Part shown: positions 57,759 to 64,000 of the stretch, piece after piece
Layout: every line of letters starts with the position of its first letter
Numbering within the stretch: position 1 is the stretch's first letter
Origin: Candidatus Bathyarchaeota archaeon
Lineage (GTDB): Archaea; Thermoproteota; Bathyarchaeia; Bathyarchaeales; Bathycorpusculaceae
Length of the DNA: 64,000 nucleotides
Reading direction: 5' to 3'
NCBI GenBank assembly: GCA_963782525.1
Contig: CAWAKC010000004.1
Location: forward strand, 64,001 to 128,000
Notes under the pieces: generated by a model
What the model was told of the DNA's origin: nothing
Databases searched by the model: none
The model's input: the letters and a program-made list of their open reading frames with translations, nothing else
Translations under genes and position numbers: made by a program

Positions 57759-58732
57759 TGTTTTGCCCCATCGATTAGTTTTATGGTTGCTCCATGGTTG
57801 TTTGGTTTAGCGATGAAGGCTTCTCCGTTGACGCCTTTGCGTAGGTAGTCTTTCACTTTTTTGAGCACTTGTTTGGCAGTTTCCTGTTTTATTACGCCAT
57901 AGAGTGCTGGACCCCACGAACTCTGTCCAACCCCGTAAGCGCCAGCTTTCTTCATGAATTGGATGCACTCTGCGGCGGCTGGGCTGGCGTAGGTTCCGCC
58001 CTGAGCCTGCGCAAAATGATTACCCGTTAGGACTTGGATTCTTGTTACTGCATCCCCAAAGTTTTCGATGTCGTGTTCAGCCAGGGCTGGCAGGAGTTTT
58101 AGCATGATTAAGCGGCAGATTTGCCCCACGTCTTCCGCTGGCATTTTGGTCAGTTTTTCGAAGGCATGGTTTTCCTCTGAGTTTGATAAGCCTTCTTTTA
58201 GGTTTGGCACTGCTACGATGAAGCGCCACTTCGTTGGGAAGGGTTGGCGGTAGATGAGGGGCGGGAAAGTTTGTGTTGTGAGGTTTTTGCCTCCATCAAC
58301 CACGAATCCGCCAAATTCAAAGATGGATGTGCCGACGGTTGTTCTTCTTGCTCGTCCCATCGAGACCGCTAATTCTGGGATAGAGGCTTTCACGTTAAAC
58401 AGTTTCGCGAGTGCAAACGCAACGGCTATGGAGAACTGGGTGCCTGAACCTAACCCAATGTGAGATGGAATCGCCTCGGCAACATGGATGTGTACTTTGG
58501 ATTGGATTTTGTAGTTGGAAAGGAACCGTTTTGCCAGGATGGTTGCTAACTCGGTTTCTTTACCTGTAACCGAAAATTTCTCGCCGTTTTCCGCTTCAAC
58601 GATGAAATTCGGATGATCTATGCCTACGCCTAAGCCGCCGAACATTCGTCCCAAGTCCCCGTTCATGTCTATGAGTCCGAGGTGGAGTCGGGCAGGAGTC
58701 TTAACTTGTACCTTCACTGTTTGTTCCTCCAT
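57755..58732 (-). CDS. mptG: Beta-ribofuranosylphenol/aminobenzene 5'-phosphate synthase (GHMP fold)
   Basis: TPARLHLGLID, HIGLGSGTQ, GGFVVDGG, GQSSWGP. Confidence 0.88.
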   Translation of the reverse strand: MEEQTVKVQVKTPARLHLGLIDMNGDLGRMFGGLGVGIDHPNFIVEAENGEKFSVTGKETELATILAKRFLSNYKIQSKVHIHVAEAIPSHIGLGSGTQFSIAVAFALAKLFNVKASIPELAVSMGRARRTTVGTSIFEFGGFVVDGGKNLTTQTFPPLIYRQPFPTKWRFIVAVPNLKEGLSNSEENHAFEKLTKMPAEDVGQICRLIMLKLLPALAEHDIENFGDAVTRIQVLTGNHFAQAQGGTYASPAAAECIQFMKKAGAYGVGQSSWGPALYGVIKQETAKQVLKKVKDYLRKGVNGEAFIAKPNNHGATIKLIDGAKQ

Positions 58733-59364
58733 GAATCGATTCTTTGCATCAAATCAGTCATAATTGCGGAGTACACTGAGTTTGGAGCTACGCGGTTTAT
58801 TATGTCACGGGAATTTTCAATTGTAGCTAAAAGTTTGCGAATATTTTTTTGCTGTTTCTCGTCGTTAACGAATGCCTTCACGCGGGTTGCATGTATGATT
58901 GCTTCGAGGGTTAACGCTTTGGCGCGGCAATAAACTTGTGGGCACATAGTAGATGCCTTTATTTGTTCAACTTTGAAAGTGAACTTGGTCTTGTCTGCCC
59001 CAAAAGGCTTCATGTCAGCTACTGAAACGTCGATAGTTGCATCGGCCATCCGCAGTTTAGGAGCGTTTACCACTTCTGCTTTTTCGAACCATTCCTGCAT
59101 CAACTTTCCATTGGGGTTTGCTTCTTTGAATGTTGCTTTATAGAAAACTTCTATGTCGCCCGTTAAGTTGACAACTGCGCATCCGCTTGCGTTTAGGTTT
59201 CGGCTGGTTTGTGAGGAATTGTAAATATTGAGGCTGAGGGTTTGTGGATTCTGCAAGGTGGCACCCATGGGTGCAGCGTTGGGTGTTCCATCCATGTTGT
59301 AGGTTGAAAGGATGACCTCAAAAATTGAGCCTTCCAAGAAACCAAAATCGGTTAATTTTGCCAT
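58714..59364 (-). CDS. DUF447 family protein
   Basis: EVILST...PNAAPMG...SQTSRN; RAKALTLEAIIHATR. Confidence 0.85.
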   Translation of the reverse strand: MAKLTDFGFLEGSIFEVILSTYNMDGTPNAAPMGATLQNPQTLSLNIYNSSQTSRNLNASGCAVVNLTGDIEVFYKATFKEANPNGKLMQEWFEKAEVVNAPKLRMADATIDVSVADMKPFGADKTKFTFKVEQIKASTMCPQVYCRAKALTLEAIIHATRVKAFVNDEKQQKNIRKLLATIENSRDIINRVAPNSVYSAIMTDLMQRIDSWRNKQ

Positions 59365-59597
59365 TCAAACCCGCCTCAGTATGTTAGAAGGTCATATGCA
59401 CCTTTTTTCAACCCAATGTAAATTTTCACAGTCGAATAATAAAGTTTTGCCGAGCAAACACTTATCCCAAATTAGTTACTCCCCACGTTAAGAACTGTGT
59501 AAAGTTTTTAAAGCATAAAACGACTATTCAACTAGAAACAAAAATTTTGCAGGGCTCTCTTGGTTGAGAACCCAGTTTTCGGTGGTAAAAAATAAAC

Positions 59598-60971
59598 ATG
59601 CCCGTAAAGGTAGCTTTAGTCTATCCATATTTTCATCCGGCCAACGATAATTCAATTTTTCGTTTTCCACCATTAGGTCTAGGCTACATCGCCGCAGCAC
59701 TGAAAAAACACGGAGCGGAAGTGGAGCTGGTTGACTGCACGTTTATGAAGTTTAGCGAAGCCGCCTCGAGAGTAAAGCTTGCAAAACCTCAGATTGTTGG
59801 GTTCTACTCGATGTTTTCTATGAAAAAAACCACCTTAGAACTTGCTCAGACCCTGAGAAATGAAGGGTTGAAAAATTCTTTGTTTGTGGTGGGTGGTCCG
59901 TTGCCTTCTTGGGCGCCTGAGGGGTTTCTGGATGTTTTCGATGTAGTTGCGGTGGGCGAGGGCGAACAAACAATGACGGATTTGGTGGATTGCGTTGATC
60001 AAGGAAACACGTTTTCGAACGTGAAGGGGCTTGTCTTCAAAAATGGCAGCCACATTATCAAAACTGGACCCCGAGAATTCATCCAAAAACTGGACAGTTT
60101 AGCTTTTCCAACCCGGGACCTATTCAACAATGAAGCATACAAAAAATATTACCTCGACCACTTTGGCTACTCAATCACATCCATGATAACGTCGAGAGGT
60201 TGCCCGTTTTCCTGCGATTTTTGTAGTCGACCCATTTTCGGCGGCGACATGCGAGCGCGTTCAGTAGGCAACATAGTTGATGAAGTGGAGGAAATTGCAG
60301 CTTTGGGTTATGACCGTGTTTGGTTCGCGGATGACTGTTTCACGCTGAACCGCAACCATTTGCTTGATGTCTGCAACGAAATCGTGCGTCGCGGCCTCGA
60401 CGTTGGCTGGGAATGTCTCTCGCGTGTGGATACTATGGATGCTGAAGTTGCAGAGAGCATGAAACGTGCAGGTTGCATAGGAGTTTTCTTTGGGATTGAA
60501 TCGGGCAACGACTCAGTTCTGGGCATGATGAAGAAGAGAATCACAACAGCGCAGGCGAAACGGGCGGTTCATGTAGCTAAAGCTGCCGGATTAAAAGTTG
60601 GTGCCTTCTTCATCGTTGGGTATCCAGGTGAGAGCAACAAAACAGTGCTCGATACCGTGCGTTTTGCTTCGGGTCTCCCGCTTGATTATTTGTCTTTCAC
60701 GATGCCTTATCCAATTCCTGGAACCCCGCTCTATGAGAGAGTTAAGGACCATGGGGTTTCGATTGAGGATTGGGAGGAACCCAAAAACTACCGCTTAATT
60801 CGTCACAAACTCCTCTACGCTTCGGGTTTTAGTGAGGGTAAACTTAAGTTTGCGATTGTTAAGGGGCAGGCGCAGTTTTATGGTCGGAAGTACCTTGGGA
60901 AAACGGGGTATACTCTATTGGGTAAGTCGTTTGAGCGTTTGACGGATTATGCGTTTGAACGCATGCGGTAA
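59598..60971 (+). CDS. Cobalamin-binding radical SAM protein
   Basis: PPLGLGYIAA, VVGGP, GEGE, TSRGCPFSCDFC, FGIESG, PIPGTPLY. Confidence 0.92.
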   Translation: MPVKVALVYPYFHPANDNSIFRFPPLGLGYIAAALKKHGAEVELVDCTFMKFSEAASRVKLAKPQIVGFYSMFSMKKTTLELAQTLRNEGLKNSLFVVGGPLPSWAPEGFLDVFDVVAVGEGEQTMTDLVDCVDQGNTFSNVKGLVFKNGSHIIKTGPREFIQKLDSLAFPTRDLFNNEAYKKYYLDHFGYSITSMITSRGCPFSCDFCSRPIFGGDMRARSVGNIVDEVEEIAALGYDRVWFADDCFTLNRNHLLDVCNEIVRRGLDVGWECLSRVDTMDAEVAESMKRAGCIGVFFGIESGNDSVLGMMKKRITTAQAKRAVHVAKAAGLKVGAFFIVGYPGESNKTVLDTVRFASGLPLDYLSFTMPYPIPGTPLYERVKDHGVSIEDWEEPKNYRLIRHKLLYASGFSEGKLKFAIVKGQAQFYGRKYLGKTGYTLLGKSFERLTDYAFERMR

Positions 60972-61059
60972 GCCGCAGACTCGGTGGAAGGTTTTTTTAA
61001 GCATCTTTGACCATTTCAGAAGCAACAACAACCTTAAAGCAAACCTGCAAAGTGCACCC

Positions 61060-61572
61060 ATGCAAAAATTATCCCTAATCCCAGCGTTTATCAGTTCATT
61101 GCGAATTTCAACGCTCCCCCTATTCCTCTACCTCTACAATATACAAAACGTAGTCGTATGTTTGGGTTTGCTTGCTTTTTGTGCCGCCTCAGACTATTTT
61201 GACGGTTATTTCGCACGAAGATTAAATGCAACTTCAAGGTTCGGCGCTTACTACGATGCCACAACAGATTTCATTCTAATGTTTGGGATTTTCACATTTT
61301 TCTATACCCTTGGGTTTTATCCGATTTGGCTGTTGCTAATTATTGCTGCTGCCTTCATTCAATTTTTAGTTACCAGTTACTATGCTAAAAAACTCTACGA
61401 CCCCGTGGGCAGGTACATTGGAAGTGCGCTATATATAGGCGTAGTTCTAACTCTGCTCTGGCCAACTGGAGCGGTCTTCGCGTTTGTGCAATATGCTTTT
61501 GTAGGATTCTTTTTGGTTTCGATTGCAAGTCGCATAATAAGCCTAACAAGAAAACGCACCTACCAACCCTAA
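61060..61572 (+). CDS. CDP-alcohol phosphatidyltransferase family
   Basis: SDYFDGYFARRLNATSRFGAYYDATTD signature. Confidence 0.88.
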   Translation: MQKLSLIPAFISSLRISTLPLFLYLYNIQNVVVCLGLLAFCAASDYFDGYFARRLNATSRFGAYYDATTDFILMFGIFTFFYTLGFYPIWLLLIIAAAFIQFLVTSYYAKKLYDPVGRYIGSALYIGVVLTLLWPTGAVFAFVQYAFVGFFLVSIASRIISLTRKRTYQP

Positions 61573-61611
61573 ACTAATATAGCGTTTCTCCCTTAATCCT
61601 CCTTAAATTCG

Positions 61612-62640
61612 GTGCATTTATCTTTGCTTAAACAATCCTGCCATAACCAAACATGTTTGCCAGAGCTAATTCGCGTCTCATTGGGCACAGCAATCGTTCT
61701 TGGGCTTTTGGACGGTAAATTGGATGCTGAGCCGACGACGGCTTATTTGATGACTTACAGATTGGGTAAGTGTACAGCTAACTGTGGTTTTTGCCCCCAA
61801 GCCAGAGCAAGCAAAAGTAGCGCCGAAATGCTGTCTCGGGTCTCATGGCCAACCTTCCCAACACTCAACGTCTTAACAGCGCTTTCAGATTCGGCGAAAG
61901 AAGGAAGAATCAAGCGTGTTTGCATCCAAGCACTAAACTATCCGGACGTATTTGGACACCTTGAATCGCTCGTAAAAGAAATTAAAAACCTCTCGGCGAT
62001 TCCTGTTTCTGTTTCCTGCCAACCTCTTAATACCCAAAACATTGACCGTTTGAAAAAGGCTGGCGTGGACAGGTTAGGTATAGCTTTGGATGTTGCAACC
62101 GAAGCCATATTCGTTAAAGTTAAGGGTAAAGATGCAGGCGGCTCGTATACTTGGCAGAACCAGTTCACCCAGCTAAGGGATGCAATAGCGGTTTTCGGAA
62201 AGGGCGCTGTAAGCACTCATGTAATTGTGGGGTTGGGGGAAACGGAAAAGGAAGCAGCTGAAGTTATTCAGAGGTGTGTAGCTATGGGTGTTTTGCCTGC
62301 ACTTTTTGCTTTTACACCTGTCCGAGGCACAGCTTTAGAAACTCAATCGCCTCCGGAGGTTGAATCTTATCGGCGTTTGCAGCTTGCCAGATATCTAATT
62401 GTCAAGAATATAGCAAGATTTGAGGATATGCGATTTGACTCTGAAGGAAAAATTGTTGGGTATGCCCGTGCCAATGAATCCTTAGAGTCAATAATTGCGA
62501 GTGGCTTGCCTTTTCAGACTTCAGGCTGCCCCGACTGCAACCGCCCTTACTACAACGAAAAAGCAAGGGGGCCCATCTATAACTACCCAAAAAAGCTAAA
62601 CAAAGAAGAGATTGAAAAAATAAAAAAACAACTAAGGTAA
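61612..62640 (+). CDS. lipS2: Radical SAM protein, archaeal lipoyl synthase subunit LipS2-like (start may be the TTG at 61657)
   Basis: CTANCGFC plus TSGCPDCNRP, matching the TxGCPxC(N/D)RP motif of LipS2. Confidence 0.78.
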   Translation: MHLSLLKQSCHNQTCLPELIRVSLGTAIVLGLLDGKLDAEPTTAYLMTYRLGKCTANCGFCPQARASKSSAEMLSRVSWPTFPTLNVLTALSDSAKEGRIKRVCIQALNYPDVFGHLESLVKEIKNLSAIPVSVSCQPLNTQNIDRLKKAGVDRLGIALDVATEAIFVKVKGKDAGGSYTWQNQFTQLRDAIAVFGKGAVSTHVIVGLGETEKEAAEVIQRCVAMGVLPALFAFTPVRGTALETQSPPEVESYRRLQLARYLIVKNIARFEDMRFDSEGKIVGYARANESLESIIASGLPFQTSGCPDCNRPYYNEKARGPIYNYPKKLNKEEIEKIKKQLR

Positions 62641-63981
62641 AAGTTGGTCAGCCGTTTGCTCAGATGTTTTCTTGGTGGTTTTCGGCATCTTTGGCTTTTG
62701 CCGTGTAACCTGTTCTACTAAACGCCAGAACTCATCCATGGTGTAGCCTTTGAGTAGTTCTTTCATTAGTTTTTTGACTTGGTAGTAGGTCATTTGGGCT
62801 TCGCCTTTGTCGAGGCTTTCCTGTGGACCCTTAATGCGTCTGAAGAGCTCATCCATCTGTCTTGGCGAAGCTCGGATTCCAGCTTTCTCAAGCAGTTTTT
62901 GGATAAGCGTCTGCCCTGTGTTTCTGCCGATGAAAATCATGGTTTCTCTGCCCACTATTTCTGGTGGGAAAGGCTCAAAAACCAAAGGGTTAGCCATCAT
63001 TTCTTCAACTTCTTCTTCAACTTCATGGGTGAAAATGTTTTCACCGATTATGGGTTTATGGAACTGGATTGGCAATGCAAATGCCTTTTCGGCTGCTTGT
63101 GCGATACGATAGATTTTTCCCATATCTATGCCTGTGTCGACGTTGTAGAGCAGCTCAGCCGCGGTTACGACTTCTTCGAAAGGTGCGATGCCCGCTCGTT
63201 CTCCAAAGCCCGCGATGCAAGTATGCAGGTAAGCTACGCCTTCCTCCATAGCTGCCAAGGTGTTGGCGGAGCCTAACCCAAAGTCGTTGTGGCAGTGGAT
63301 TGAGAGCGGCACTTTCTTCTTAATTGCTTCAGGCAAACCATCTCTGATATGGGAAATTAAATAGCGCATTGATAAAGGCCTTATGAAGCCTACGCTATCC
63401 GCTACGCCCAACCTTATTGCTCCGGCGTTGGCTGCAGCTTCGAAAACTTGCAATATATCTTCTAGAGGGGTTCGGGTTGCGTCCATTAGGATGAAGTTTA
63501 CGGTTGTGCCGTGTTTTTTAGCGTAGTCGATGCTGTCAACGATTTTTTGCAGCGCTTGTTCTTTTGTTATCTTCAGTTTGTACTGGAGGTTTAAGCCATT
63601 GATGGGGGATTCGATGGTGATGTCTTTGATACCGCACTCTAAGCAGGCGTTTACGCTGTTCTTTGAAGCTTCTGCTGAAGCGGTCAGCTTGGAGTAAGTG
63701 AAGGTTTCGTTGACGATGCGTTTGACGGTGCGTTTTTCGTCTTCGGATAGCGCGGGGAACCCTACGTTTATGATGGCGACGCCTGATTCGTCCATCAATT
63801 TTGCAAGCCTAACCTGCTCCACATAGGTTAAGTAAACCGTCGGCGCCTTGATGCCTTCCCGGAAAGTTTCATCCCAGATGAATACGCGGTCAGGAAGCTT
63901 AGGAGGCAAATTCTTTCGTAACCGGTTGTAATTTGCAATTAGTCCCTGAGCTTCGAGCTTTTTGAATATGGTCTTCCTCAT
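62632..63981 (-). CDS. Homocitrate/isopropylmalate synthase-family (DRE-TIM) protein with a degenerate active site
   Basis: HCHNDFGLG and GERAG are retained; DxTLRDGEQ is replaced by DETFREGIK. Confidence 0.82.
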   Translation of the reverse strand: MRKTIFKKLEAQGLIANYNRLRKNLPPKLPDRVFIWDETFREGIKAPTVYLTYVEQVRLAKLMDESGVAIINVGFPALSEDEKRTVKRIVNETFTYSKLTASAEASKNSVNACLECGIKDITIESPINGLNLQYKLKITKEQALQKIVDSIDYAKKHGTTVNFILMDATRTPLEDILQVFEAAANAGAIRLGVADSVGFIRPLSMRYLISHIRDGLPEAIKKKVPLSIHCHNDFGLGSANTLAAMEEGVAYLHTCIAGFGERAGIAPFEEVVTAAELLYNVDTGIDMGKIYRIAQAAEKAFALPIQFHKPIIGENIFTHEVEEEVEEMMANPLVFEPFPPEIVGRETMIFIGRNTGQTLIQKLLEKAGIRASPRQMDELFRRIKGPQESLDKGEAQMTYYQVKKLMKELLKGYTMDEFWRLVEQVTRQKPKMPKTTKKTSEQTADQLLP

Positions 63982-64000
63982 TTAGACACAATCCAACAAT

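Noticed and set aside
956-63276. Many 60-180 aa ORFs antisense to or nested in recognised genes (e.g. 38949-39431, 47926-48384, 53390-53902, 55471-56007)
   Set aside because: They are shadow frames of well-supported genes with no motifs or expression signals.
1-64000. CRISPR array, cas genes, rRNA, tRNA, integrase or transposase genes
   Set aside because: I saw no regularly spaced identical repeats, tRNA T-arm/acceptor patterns or matching ORFs by eye. A dedicated scan could still find divergent cases.

Overview
Archaeal chromosomal window, most consistent with Bathyarchaeia (TACK). This is inferred from gene content: CdvA/ESCRT-III/Vps4 division cluster, RbkR, Dph5, GGR, methanopterin-pathway genes and LipS2. 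It is mostly housekeeping: a cobalamin uptake/salvage block, mre11-rad50, cobD/cbiB, flavin synthesis, asnA-pck with a divergent Lrp/AsnC regulator, rps10, leuS, an Lhr helicase, moaCBA, cdvB-cdvA-cdvB-cdvC, pyrDK and pterin genes. I saw no rRNA, tRNA or CRISPR array. The strongest candidate for an undescribed system is at about 31.3-35.1 kb. There, an unannotated 13-aa mini-gene (MKKPIRPIRGYWW) with its own promoter and terminator sits between an MFS transporter gene (followed by a radical SAM/SPASM gene) and a polyprenyl-synthase-fold gene that has lost its IPP-binding motifs. This resembles an archaeal ComQ/ComX-like Trp-prenylated peptide (signalling or RiPP) system. Other observations: a hairpin-rich MITE-like element of about 310 bp, a radical SAM lacking its CxxxCxxC motif, an ESCRT-III gene apparently starting at ATC, a MIM2-like motif in CdvA, an AN1-zinc-finger/site-2 protease fusion, a 16-aa Lys-rich mini-gene and a degenerate DRE-TIM enzyme. 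All calls come from reading motifs by eye; no database searches were run.
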